Assembly (NCBI GenBank): GCA_951406725.2
Contig: OX597814.1
Coordinates: forward strand, 90,644,001-90,708,000
Length of the DNA: 64,000 bases
Reading direction: 5' to 3'
Source of the DNA: Octopus vulgaris
Taxonomy: Eukaryota
The translations under genes were made by a program, and so were the position numbers. Below, piece by piece: positions 25,601 to 38,850 of the stretch. Below the pieces are notes generated by a model. That model saw nothing but the letters and a program-made list of their open reading frames with translations. It was not told where the DNA came from and searched no databases. Numbering within the stretch: the stretch's first letter is position 1; each line of letters starts with the position of its first letter.

Positions 25601-26499
25601 AAAGTTATATCAACACAGTACTGTGTATGAAAGAAAACGAGGCGATGAAACAGACAGAGCCGATTCAGGACGCACCGATCGAGAAATTATTGCCGCAGTT
25701 TATGAAGACATGTAACACATCATTCATGACAACACTGGCTGGTTGTCACGTTTCCTCCACAGCAGTGGTAGGTGATGAGCGCTAAGTTAAGGAGTAACAT
25801 GATGTGAAGTGTGAGCATATGGTTGTCAACGCCCTGATAACCACTAAATAGCGCAAAACACTCCGAGAGTTATAACCCATACAAAGAATACTTTGAAAGC
25901 GTTTTGCTTAAGAGATGTGGAAAAAGGAAGAAATAAATGGAATGTTGGCAGCGGCAGCGTTGTTAATCAAAATTTCAAGACCATAAACTGCAGTTTCTAG
26001 AATTTTAGAAGTTACATCTTTGAGGATGTTAGCTAGCCTTTACAAAATATTTACTATCGATCCGCATTTCTCTCCACGAGATTTTATTTTAAAAATGCTT
26101 ATTTTCTACTTCTTGTTTCCAATAGATTTTTATATAACAATTTTTCATTAGACATTTTGGAAGATAAACGGTGGATATGTTATCTAGTTTATCATTCAGT
26201 TCAGAATATATCTATTTCAAATGACTGGAGCAGTCATACTGTTGGTATGTATCTTTTGTATTTTGTATTTTGCTTCGTTTTAAGTATTAATTTATCTCTC
26301 CTTACGCCTAGGCGTATTTTTCTAGTAAATCTATATAGTTTTCGCAAGCAGTCTTTGTGGTTTATGATCTCAAGCATAGAGGCTGAGGTCATGTATATAC
26401 TAAAATGATTTTCTTTCGAGTGTAGTCCGATTTACAATGTTGCTTAAATGTTTTAGCGCCAGATAGTAAGGAAGTAATGAAAGAGCTGAGGGTTAGATC

Positions 26500-26850
26500 T
26501 TTATATATATTCTATTGCGGGTAATTTCAGAAATCTTTGCAATTAATTAATTTACGTTTGGTATCAGCTTTTTATTCATGCTACCTTAATAATTCCAAGA
26601 TTTAAGTCTGGGATACAAGCCATGCTCAGATCTATCATTCAGCTTCTAAATGATCCAAACAGGGTGTTATTGTGTAGAAAGACATGAATTGTGCAACATC
26701 ATTTATGGTATTTGGAACTATTGCATATCAGATTTTTACTTACCTTTTGTGATCTTATTCCACTAAAATTTTGTAGACTGTGAGGTGGCAGATCATCAAT
26801 CTATAGTATTTAGCGCTTGCTATTTCTTTCTTCTTAGCATTAAGCAAGCG
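26500..26850 (-). mobile_element. RNase H-like LINE remnant
   Basis: The minus strand near 26570-26630 reads ACIPDLNLGII..HE*KAD, resembling WIP.H.GI.GNE.AD. Confidence 0.3.
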
Positions 26851-27269
26851 TTCAATTAAGTCATGCACATAGTGTTTTTCATTTGTTTTGATATGCTTTT
26901 AACTAATGCTAGAGGAGTTATTAGGAGGCCGGGAACAAATATCTGGTTATTACTTTTGGTCTTAGTATGCTGAGATCAAATCCTGTCAGAGTAATATTTA
27001 TTGTTCATTATTTTACTGTGAAGAATTAAGGTATTAGTAAAATAAAAGACACAAGATTCTCATATACACGCACGCGCGCACACTAAACAAGAAAAAAGAT
27101 CCCTACAAAAGTTTTTTATTAACCCATATCCTACGAACATATATTTCCTTCTATGCTCCTCTACGCTCGCTTCTGATTAAACTTCGGCCTAACACCAAAT
27201 TGTTATTCTGTATAACCAGCTTTACCTAAAGTGCAACATATAGAAAACAAATAAGAACTTGAATAGCAG

Positions 27270-27886
27270 GCTGGGAGTGGCCTTGTGGTAAGAGACTTGC
27301 TTCCCAACCACATGACTCCAATCCCAGTCTTACTGCGTGGCACCTTGGGTTTCTACTTGTAGCCTCGGGCTGACTGAAGACTTATGAGTGGATTTGGTAG
27401 ATAGAAATTGAAATAAAAGTTGGTACATGGAAATTGTAATATATATATATTACACAAAGAAATTCCAACAAAGAAATTCCATAATAATATAATAAAATAT
27501 AATATAATATAATATAATATAGTATAATGAAATGATAGAATATTAAATCTCCGTTCCGATTGAACTAGTACTTTCATGCATTAAACCATGCAATCTTCAG
27601 GTTCATGTAGTGGTGGTGACAGTTATGTTTTACAAATTACAACTGTTTTAAATATTCATAGCTTAATGCATGAAAGTACTACTTCAATCAGAATGGACAT
27701 TTAATATTCTATCATTATATTATATTATATTATCTTATATTATATTATATTATATTATATTGTATTGTATTATATCATAATAAGTGTGTGAATAAAACGT
27801 GAAAATCTGATAGTTTCAATACCTTTGAGTAATATATTCGTCTATACACTATCATACATACCCGTATATATATGTATGTATGTATG

Positions 27887-27923
<37 letters not shown>

Positions 27924-28125
27924 ATCTATGTGTGTGTATATCCTTTGTATCTGTGTTTATCCCCGAGCACCGCTGTGTTTACGCACCCGTAGTTTAACGG
28001 TTAGCAAAAGTAACTAAATTAAGATGTACTGATGTCTATAAGTTCGACTAAAATTCTTTAAGACAGTGTTCCACAGTGACTGCAGTCTGATCACTGAGAG
28101 AAATAAACGATAAAAAAAAGATAAA
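27270..28125 (+). mobile_element. SINE family A split by internal repeats and a hairpin element
   Basis: Head at 27270-27430 (ggagtggccttgtggtaag..ccaaccacatg). Tail at 27940-28125 (tgtgtttatcccc..gtttacg..ttcgactaaa). Confidence 0.7.
27481..27780. repeat. Inverted repeat (MITE/foldback-like) with (ATATA)n/(TATAT)n outer arms
   Basis: 27531-27590 is the near reverse complement of 27657-27716, with a spacer of about 65 bp. Confidence 0.85.
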
Positions 28126-28250
28126 ACATTTTTATAGGACACATTTTGTAATAATGTAATTGTTACCACTATGACTACTACTAAGTCTGCCGCTGCTAAT
28201 GCTTCTGATGCCCGTCCTCTTCCACTCCCATCACCTCATCCTCTTGCTGC

Positions 28251-28285
<35 letters not shown>

Positions 28286-28989
28286 TCACCACCACCACCA
28301 TCAACACCAAAACCACCACCACCACCACCACCAACACCACCAACATTATTAGATTTTCAGTGAGTGCACATGTGTTTACTTCAGCTCACACTGTTAGCTT
28401 CTTTTTCGAAGGATTTTAAAATTTACATATTTTTTTTTATGTGGCCAATGCTGCTTCACAAAACTATGGATGTTTTATTGAATTAATTCTCGCTTCACAA
28501 CGAAAAAAACTATATTTAACCTTTCATATCTTTTTGTTTCGATTTGACGTCATTGAATCTTAATACATTCTTCGAAGGTTCTATCAATATTTTTACATGC
28601 ATTGGATAATATTTTTACTTGCATAAATATTTCAAAAGGCAAACGAAATTCTATTAAACTGGTATTTTGCAAGAAAAACATCTCTTGAATGTTATTTGAA
28701 AATTTCGTTGGGTTTGTTATAACATCCAATCAACCAAGTGGCACCCACCAAATATCGGAAAGGAAAACTATTATTTCTCCAAACACCTAGCAAAAATGAA
28801 ATAAATAAACATAACATAAAAATAGCTAATAACTAGCCTGCACCTGCTCTGTAGCACAACACATTTTTAGGACGCTGGAAACAATACAGTAATCGATAAA
28901 ATAGACGTATTTCTGTCTTTCTAACCAGTTTTCTTGAACTTCCTACATCATTCAATCTCTGAATATTATTGAGGCACAGTTGAAAATAG

Positions 28990-29900
28990 AACTGTAGAGG
29001 CGTTGCTGTAATGAAGCCTTTATCTTGTTGCTCAAATAATTCTTTTAGCAGTGGACAATAACTAAACTTGTCCATCGGTGCTTCAAGAATTGGAGGAATC
29101 AATCTTTGCTCTGGGAGGTTCAGATAATACATTTCTTGACAAGCACCTTTACAATACGTAGAGAAAAAGCATAATGAACAATCTATCTGCTATTCAAAAC
29201 CGAGAAGGAGGCAGAAGACATGTAGAAACTGTACCTAAAATACCTACTCATTATTTTATGTCCTACGTCATAATGCAGCAATACACAACAGTAATCTTAA
29301 GGATCGTAGCATTTGCTTGAGGCTCATATTTGTCTTCCCGCTGTAATATGGATATAGTCGAAATATGTTGTCATGGATTGCTACACTCTTCATGGCAGTT
29401 CAGAATTTAAAGAGCCATTCATTCCAGAGTGAAGGTCTTCTACAGCAACATCCTTCAAATAATGAATATGATGTTGAGGGCGCTGAGCGAAAAACAATAG
29501 TCTGCTGGTGAAAAGAAGAAACACATGTGCAAACCAAAATATTTTATATTTTTCCTTTAGGTAATAGTTAAAGTAATGGAAAAATAAAGCCGACACAGCA
29601 AGAAAAGCAATTACAAGGCACTGCCTATAAAATAGAATTGCCTTTCTGTAAATTGTTAGAGGGACATACCATGTATCCGTTCTTGATCGTCAGTGACAAA
29701 CACTCCTTTGTTTGACCTTAGCAACTAGTAGTGTGTTACAACGTCTTGCGGAGACGTGGTCAAGAATGATTAAACCATCAAAGAATGTAGAAACTAATCA
29801 GAAAGTCTACATTTAATATAAGTATGAACCCCAATGGAAAGCGATGCGAAATGGCAAGGACAAGCCATAATCTTTTCAGGCGAAACCTACATTTTCTAGT
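28990..29900 (+). mobile_element. Possible Gypsy integrase relic
   Basis: Ordered, decayed motifs: TCRNC near 29220, YVVMDCYT near 29370, SNGK near 29575, FRRNLHFL near 29880. Confidence 0.3.
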
Positions 29901-32900
29901 GAACCGCCTTATCTTGAGAGGCTCCCATTTCAGTAACAAAAGTTCACCCCCTACACAAAATGAAGAGGTAATCCGTAATTCCGTTCAAAAACACATATAT
30001 GAAGGATAGTAACGCATTCGAAGGTGAAATATTCTTAGAAGATATACCAAAAGATTACAGATGTAAACTGGTGCCAGGCAGTAAATTGTGTACATGTTTC
30101 TAACCATCTGACGAAGTCAACAAGTCCCCGCGCATACACCAATATAGAATTGGGAATTTCACCTCGTGTTGTCCTGATTGTTTATAGAGAAGATATATGT
30201 TTGCAAAGTAAATAAACGAAAATCGAAGAGTTGATTTACAATTCGGTATCCGTTCCATGTGTATGTCCATGTTAAAGAAATGTTGTTTATAGTATTTGTA
30301 TTATTGCCAATCTATGGGGCACCATCAGTTACTAAACATGCTAGTATTGATGCATTGTTCCCGTATGACTTGTTTCAGTTCAAATTGAATTTTAATTCCT
30401 GTGGAAAACTGGTCAAAAATCCTAAAAGAATTTCCCGATTTATGGTAAAAGCGTATCTCAAAATTTTGAATCTTTCTGTGTAAGGGAGAGCGAAAGATAA
30501 ATCCTCTCTTCACTTCGCTATTAATATTATATCTAAAATTAGAATAACAATCGTTTCTTTGATTTTATAAGTTAGTTAGCATCCTATAACATGTTCAGGT
30601 CAACCTAGAGTTAGGGGCAGGACGTTCAAAAATTGAAGAGACTAGAGTCCTCTCCCTGGCGCTTACTACTTCAGTGGTATTCTATGCAGCTAAATTAATG
30701 CTGTTTATGTTTTAGATATTTTAATGTGTTTGTATTTTTCAATTTCTTTGTAATTTTAAACAATCCAGTTTTCGGAATCAATAGGGAACATCGTATAAAA
30801 CGGTAGATACGTGATAGGGCGGTAATGAAATAGGTCATCCGTTAAGTTGGATAGTAAATAGATTGTAAATAAGTTTGAGAATGATGTAATATGAATATGG
30901 TTAGATGTTTGCTTGTTATTTCTATATCTTTATATATATCACTGAATCCACACTCAATAACATACTTGTGCAGTATTATTAAGTTCTGATGAATCAATGC
31001 TGTTTATGTTTTAGAGATAAGCTCTTCTGTAAAGGCATTTTCTATTTATATTTCACTATGAGATCCCAGACTGATTAACTTAACTGACTCTATTATTGTC
31101 TTCAACGTTTCATAAATTATATAGGTGTATTTATCTGCAGCAAATTCAAGAAGATAATGAGAGCTATAGTGTTTTATTTATGGTAACTATTTGAAGATTT
31201 CTGTCTGAATTCATAAACATTATCATATGAGACATATATAGGTGTATTGTACCCATTACTCATTCATTTGCAACAACCAACATTTATCAGACGTTTATAA
31301 AGACTTCAAAATAAGCGGAACAGAGGAAAGTTTTGTGTTGTTTTTTTCTTTTTGGAAATACGTTATACTATATTCACATCTTCCATTTATTCTATTTTCC
31401 TGTTATATTCTGTCTCCTGATATATTTTAGGATTCATATAACCTTAATGATTATGAATAGAGCACATTCGTTTGATATGCGTATGTTCATTACTTATCTA
31501 TGTATTTTTACTGTTTATAATTCCTCGCCGTTACTACAATATGAATAATGTGTTCGGCGCTGTTTTCTATTTCTTTCTTATAAGATTTCACTGGAACATA
31601 AAATAGTATTTATCTAATAATGCAAATAACGTAATATAATGACACTTATTATTTTTGATTCAATAAAACACCAGTTCCAGTACAGAAGCTTTCGACTTCA
31701 AAATAATCTAAGTTCTAGTACCATACTGAAGTTGATTCAGACGTCTGCATAGACTGTCATTGTGCCAAGGCGAAAGAATCGATATTCTATTGTGAAAACA
31801 ACATTACCATCACAAAATTCGTTATAAATGCTTGGTATTCTCTAAGTCTTCATACGTTGGTTCAAAATTTTACATGTCCTCTGGAATATGGGCTTTTAAC
31901 ATTCCAGTGTCATTCTTTTCCTCTCTTTTTTAAAATCATTCCTACGTAAATCTGAATCATGCTTCTAGCGTCAGATTAACTTTTTAGTATATTGCGGCCA
32001 TGGTGGGATAGCCTACATCGTATACACCGCACTATTTATTTCATTTTAGTAACTACTTTCTCGAACTCTAACGAATCGCTAATTTTGCATTTGACGCAAT
32101 TCGACTCACAGCTTTAAACGACTGGTGATTTCGCTTGTGTGTTAACTTTGGAGTTTGCGCTATAAAGTCATCAACGAGCCCAGTCTATCATACAGCTGGT
32201 AGTATTATGGCATAATAATATAGTAATGTCCATATGATCAATTTTCGAGGAAATTACTGTAAATCAATGAAATAAAAAGGATTTGATCACTCCATTCTCT
32301 TGCTGTGCATAGAGATCGATACCCGTTTCACCTAACTCTAAGACATTCTTCTGAAAGTAATAGCTTCGTTAATGCCAAGTAGTTGGCGAAAGAAACTAGA
32401 AATACGATTTTATTTCCAAAAAAGCTATACCAGTTCTTTACACACTTACTCTCTCTCTTCCTTACTGACTCTTGTTCCTTTCACACCCACAAATATGTAT
32501 TACTTGAGACTATAATCCTCATTTAATTTGATACATACTCAACCATGCACCACTGAATTGCTTCAACTGAGTAACAAAGAAAATCCAAAAGCAAAGAGAA
32601 ATGTATTTAGCTCACAGAGTAATCTACACAATCTGACACTGTATTAGTAATTATCATAAAATTTTTAAATATAAGAGGATGGTGATAAAAAGGTTGCTCC
32701 TACTATTGCTAATAACGGTGATCAGCTTGTGAAACGAGAAATATAATACAAAAAGATTCATGGATTGCTCAAGATGTCGGTCAGTCAGTCAATGACTATG
32801 CATAATCGGAACGGAAGTTCGTGGGGGCGGGGTGCATTTTGAGTGTCAGTTAGCAATGTTAGATTTGCATATATTAACATCCTACTCATGGGTCGGTAGT

Positions 32901-33039
32901 CAATATGATCGTAAAGAGATAGCAAATTGATTGTGTCTTCTGCAGCAACATCCTTCAAATAATGTGTATGATGCTTTGAAGAGGTAACGTTTACTCAATT
33001 CAGAGCATCAGCAAACACGGACATAGCTTAAAATGTTTA

Positions 33040-33265
33040 AGTCAACTATCGCAAAGAGTCGTAAAATCAGGCTTTTACGTGTTCAATATTTATCCACAAA
33101 ACCGCCCGCCTTTACGTTCTTAGTTCAAATGCCGCTGAAGCCTGCTTTGCCTTTCATACTTTCGGAGTCGATAAAATATATACCAAATGAGAACTGGGGT
33201 CGAAGAAATCGACTTAGCTCCTTCTTGGAATTGCTGGTCATGTGCCAAAATTCGAAATCACTATT
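33040..33265 (+). mobile_element. SINE family B, diverged
   Basis: Contains gttcaaatgccgc..ctttgcctttcatactttcggagtcgataaa..ctggggtcga. Confidence 0.8.
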
Positions 33266-34428
33266 ATTCATAAATTGAAGAGCGAATTCTCTTTCGCCCA
33301 GTGGAAGAGATGTAGCATGAAATAGGAAACATAAGCTTCTACTTTCGCAATACCGGTACATGTCATCACCACTAGATATATTGAAAGAAGATCTTCTAGA
33401 ATACAGATTTCAAATGTCATAGTCTGCTGTATGTTTTTCTCATAATACTCTACTTGGAATCAATTTGACCCAATACCTCCAACAAAATAAACTTGTAGAC
33501 ACAATAGCATAGATTTACATGGTATGATAAGACATCCGATTACAGCTGCCTCGATCGATATCTTTGAATATGATATGAAAAGTACTATGAAATAGACTTC
33601 TTACAAATACCATATAAATCCGAAAATATGAAAATATTTTCATTGACAAGTTTGCAAATAACATGAAAATCGACATGGCCACAATGTATGGTTATAAAAT
33701 AGATATGTAATGAGAACGACTAAAGCGTTTCATTGGCTTTGTATGAATGTGTCCATCATTCTATTTATATTTAATGGAACTATTGTGTTATACAACCATT
33801 TCGGAAAAAAACCCAGCAGTTTCGAGACACATTTAAACATCAGGTCCTCCCAACAAAACTATTCTCCGTTTATATGTAATCTCGGGGTCTTCTTGTGTCG
33901 AATTTGTTAACCTTGAACTTTCTAGTTAAGTTTGATTCTTTAGGAATATTCTTCCTCCAGTACGGCTCTGCTTTTTGTTTTTATTTTGTTGTTCGTGGTG
34001 ATTATTTTACCATGCCATAGTTTATACTAAGAGCAAGGAGCTACATTTACATTTAAATCATATTCTTACCAATGTTGGCAAATGAAGAAAGAGATAATGA
34101 TAAATTAAATTACAGCTTTTTAAATACACAAAAATATAGCATGGCCGAGAATGAATTGCTTTTGATCATAATTTCACTCGACTAGAGTTGGAACGGAGTT
34201 AAAGAGCAACAAAGACAATATTGTGTATTGTATATAATTTCAGAACAAAAAAGAACAAACTATACCCGTAGCAGTAACGGTAGATCATGAGACATGTGTT
34301 GCATTATTAAGAAATTTGATTTGAGTGTACTGAGAACCGAAATGTTTACTGTAAAATTTATACAGTCACTCCAAACATTATGCCATTTGGCCGCCTTACA
34401 TAGATACATAGATACATACATACATACA

Positions 34429-34462
<34 letters not shown>

Positions 34463-36233
34463 CATATATACATATTGGCATCCATTTATACTTGCACACA
34501 CATATATTAAATTGATTGAGTAACGATCCCAATTTTCATTGGGATTTATGGCAATGTTTTACTCGATAGATAGCATGTAATAGTCACATAAACCTGTATT
34601 AAAATATCTTTCACGTGGATAAATAACTGATTCTTAAGCTTCGATTTCGAATTTCCATTATATTTATAGATAGTAATATAACAGAAAAATTTCTATAAAT
34701 ATCCATAGATTTATTCAAGCAGAAACTATTCATGTGACCAGAGAGATAATATATACACGTGTACAAAAATCAACAAACACATATATGCATAATACAATGA
34801 CTTATAATTCTGTCCCCCTTTATCATTCTAATAATTATGCTTCACTGATTCCATATCGATGAACTTAAGTATCCATCTAACAAGTGTTCAACGGGGCGCA
34901 AATCAATATTGTTGCATTTATAAACTTTGTCAAGCGCATTAAGGATGTAAGTAAAGCAAATTAATTGCAATTGAGAAACAAAACTGAATTACATATGGGT
35001 GTCACTGGGGCTTATAACTGACTCTTTCGCCTTTGTCATAAAATGGATGACCGCTTACATATTCTATACGATAATGTAATAAATTTAAGCAGCTCTTCTA
35101 CTTTTCGTATCCAGGTGTGGATTTCTATATATGATCAGCATAAGTTTAATATTTATAAAAATATTATCCCACTCAAGCGCTGAATCTCATTAAGTGGTTG
35201 GAAAATCATTTCCTTTTTATGAGAAGTACACCAGAGCATACTGCACATAATGTAGTTACAATCGAATGACCGAGAGAAGCAAAATAATGTATATAATCTT
35301 TTACACACAGAAGAATCCAGTGAAAAGCCAACTTTGGTTGATGCTGAGTGATTTTCTTAATAGTGGAGCTCAATTGATATTTGCATCATAAAATGTAGAA
35401 TGCCGATGAATATGACTTGACAGTGAACAACTATTTCCTCGAGAATGAGATATCAGAGATCGGTTGCTTATATAAAAAATTCGTATAGCAAAATAACGAC
35501 TTACGTACTATCGATGTCGAGATGTTTCAAAGACAACGGTTCACATTAGTATTCTATGTCTTTGTGTACGGACAATGGGGGATGGTAGGGTCAGCAGAAA
35601 AGAATAGAATATCTTAGAGTACATCGAGGAAAAACTAAATATTTTTTAGGACACATGAGGGTTATACTTTAGATAGATTTAAATTTATAGAGTTGCCTTG
35701 GAGTTCGCTCGATTGTTTCGAGTATTATTATAATTATGAAATCGCATCAAATCTCACGATTCTATAAATCTGTTTCTTGTTACTGACCATTGATGAGGGG
35801 ACGACATTGGAAACTCATGTAGATGTAATCCTATACAAATTGGAGATTTTAGGAAATAAAACGCCTCACGAAATTGAAGACGGTTAACACAACCAGAATG
35901 AGACGCAAGGTTACTTGATTTAAAATCCAGGATATTGTGTAACATTTAGTGTTTTCAAGAAGCTATTATACAAACCACATATCAGGTTTATATAGATATA
36001 AAATTATTTGAAAGTACAACTAAGATAACTATAGAAGACAAAGTATAGAAAAATTTAAATATCCAAATGACACAATTTAATACAACTTCAAAAAGATAAT
36101 GGTTAGAATTAGCACAACGAAAAACAAAATAATAATAATTGAATGAAAATAACGATGTCAATTGAAATAACAAGAAAATACGGTCAGAAACAGATATGAT
36201 GATGATGATGGTAATGATAATAATAATAATAGT

Positions 36234-36278
<45 letters not shown>

Positions 36279-36314
36279 AATAATGATGATAATGATAATA
36301 ATAATAAGAAGAAG

Positions 36315-36515
36315 AATGGTTTCAAAATTTAGCACAAGGGTTGGCGATGAGTCGATTCCGTTGACTCCAGTAGTCAGGTGAAACTTATATCATCAACTTT
36401 GGGAGGACGAAACATAAAGACGACCTCGGTGGCTTTTGTACTTATAACGGGAAGATGGACCAAATGCCGCTAAGTATTTTGCTGGACACGATAACGAATC
36501 TGTCAGTTCGCTGCC
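36315..36515 (-). mobile_element. SINE family B, diverged
   Basis: Reverse-complement match to the 15484 head and core. It follows an (AAC/AAT)n tract at 36196-36310. Confidence 0.75.
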
Positions 36516-36905
36516 TTAATTAGCGTAATAATGTTAATAAATAATTGATGCAAAATCTGTCAGGGGCGTCAAATGTACTTTTAAAATATTCAGATCATTT
36601 ACACTTTAAAAAAATCTGTTTGCCCTCAGGCTTATATTTATTAATGTATTCAATATCTTAAATTCCTTTATTTGAAGACACTCAATCTTGGATTGTGTTT
36701 CTAAATCACTGTTTGTTGAAACAAATAATGATTCAAGATTTTATTCTATCCTTTTTTTTTCCACAAAATTTTTACTATAAAATTGCATCGAAACTCATGT
36801 TTCCATAAAACGTTTTTTTATTTATTAATCAACATGCGCACACACACATACACATTTATACGGTTATGTTTGTCAGAAACACCGATTTGCATTTAATATG
36901 TATGC

Positions 36906-36976
<71 letters not shown>

Positions 36977-37491
36977 TATATGTATATGGAGTTTTGTTGA
37001 GTTCTACTTTCATATACATAGATATACACATAGACATACACAAATATATCATACACATAAATATATTCAATTGGTCGAAATTGAATATTATACATGTTGA
37101 TTGAATTTCTCCTGAGGCACATGATGTTAAATGTTGTTTACAGCCAAGTTTGTAGATCACAGAAGTATTTGTTTCATGCCATATTTTCTATAGATTTTGC
37201 ATCGTATAATACAAGCAAAAATATTTCTACATGAAAATTGTGTGGACGCCTGGCTCAACGTCATGTCTGTTATGGCATAATACTTTTAGTGTGAAGCTGC
37301 GTTTCAGTACATCGCGTTGCTTTTCATGAAACACGTGCGAAGATTACATACGATTGTTATATAAAGATAACATTTAATCTTGGACAATTCTAATGAATTT
37401 TGGCATTTTCAATTACAGATCAGCATATTAATGTGCTTCGTCTCTTTTACATACCAAGTATACCATGTCTTTTGATTGGAATTTGTATGAA

Positions 37492-37538
<47 letters not shown>

Positions 37539-38850
37539 CTGTTGATATCTATTTGAGAAGGCTTTCTCTATGTCCGGTCTAATCTTTTTCAACACAAATA
37601 ATGCCTCTGTGTGAAATTTACTCTTTGACGTCAGCTATAATATATTTCTAAAGATGCATTCAGAGTTAGGACTAAGCATTTTTCCGTACCTGGTTAGAAA
37701 TATTGGCAATTAAGTTACCAATGAGATTATGCCAACTTTATCTTCTCACACCAGGATATTCAGAGGATCTTTTCAAAACTCTGACAATGCCATGAAAAAA
37801 TTTGGATTGAAAGACGAACACATTAGCAGAATGAATTGCAAATAATGTCATCCAGGATAAACGAACGGAAAGGACTTCAGAGTTGTATCCTGCTAATCCA
37901 GAATATTGGAATGAATTTGCCATTCAATAAAACCAGATAAAGTTTGGCACAGGTGTGGAATAATTTTTCTAATAACCCAAAGGTCACAATATTTTCAACG
38001 CAACTAACGGTAGAGATATACATAGAAAGTATTCCATGTAGAACTATAAATATTATGATATAAGAGTGTGGTACTGCAGAAAGGGCGACACATTTATATT
38101 TATTGATCAATCATGAGAAAGTATGAACATACACGAAAATAAAACATAACCAAATAACAAATATTACACAAATTAAAACTAATAGGACAATCAGGTATGA
38201 CATATGAAACGGCAGGTTCGATTTGTTTCAAAAAGATCTAATAATTAGTAAACATGGTATGTGTTAAACAGGGCACTATTGGAAGCATCATCATGCTAAA
38301 AATAGCAGTAAAGACTGACTCAAAACCACACGTTTTCACTTTTACACAATGGTGAAGTCGGGAGAATGAGTAAAAAAGATATTAAGACCCCGTACCCATT
38401 GACGAAAAGAATCGTAAACGAAAAATCAGATATACCGGTATACCAGTGATTTCAAACTTTGTGAATTAACACTTAGTATCTCATCGGCGAGCCTTACTGA
38501 CCCAAACCAAAACGTCTGCTCATCTCATCTATGTGCATGATGAGCATTTTTAATAGCACAGCAAATTTCAAAAGGGGATCGAATTGAACAAAATTTATAA
38601 AAATATATAAGGATATTACTGTTCATAATTCACAATAATATTAAAGGCTAACACTCTTGCCTGGTATTTTTAGCATGCGCGTGCTTCGAATAGTATGCTT
38701 CATTATTAATTAATAATTTTTCCCTTATGGGTTTTTTACGCATGTTAGCCAATGATATAATTGTGAGTTATGAACAGAAATATTCTCATATAATAATAAT
38801 ATGATAATAATAATAATGATAATAATAATAATGATAATAATAATAATAAT

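Noticed and set aside
28833-29132. 99-aa minus-strand ORF
   Set aside because: No recognisable family, and it overlaps a probable Gypsy relic on the other strand.
30259-30483. ORF with a signal-peptide-like start (MLFIVFVLLPIYGAP)
   Set aside because: It is short with no recognisable domain or splice support. Hydrophobic runs are common in T-rich DNA.
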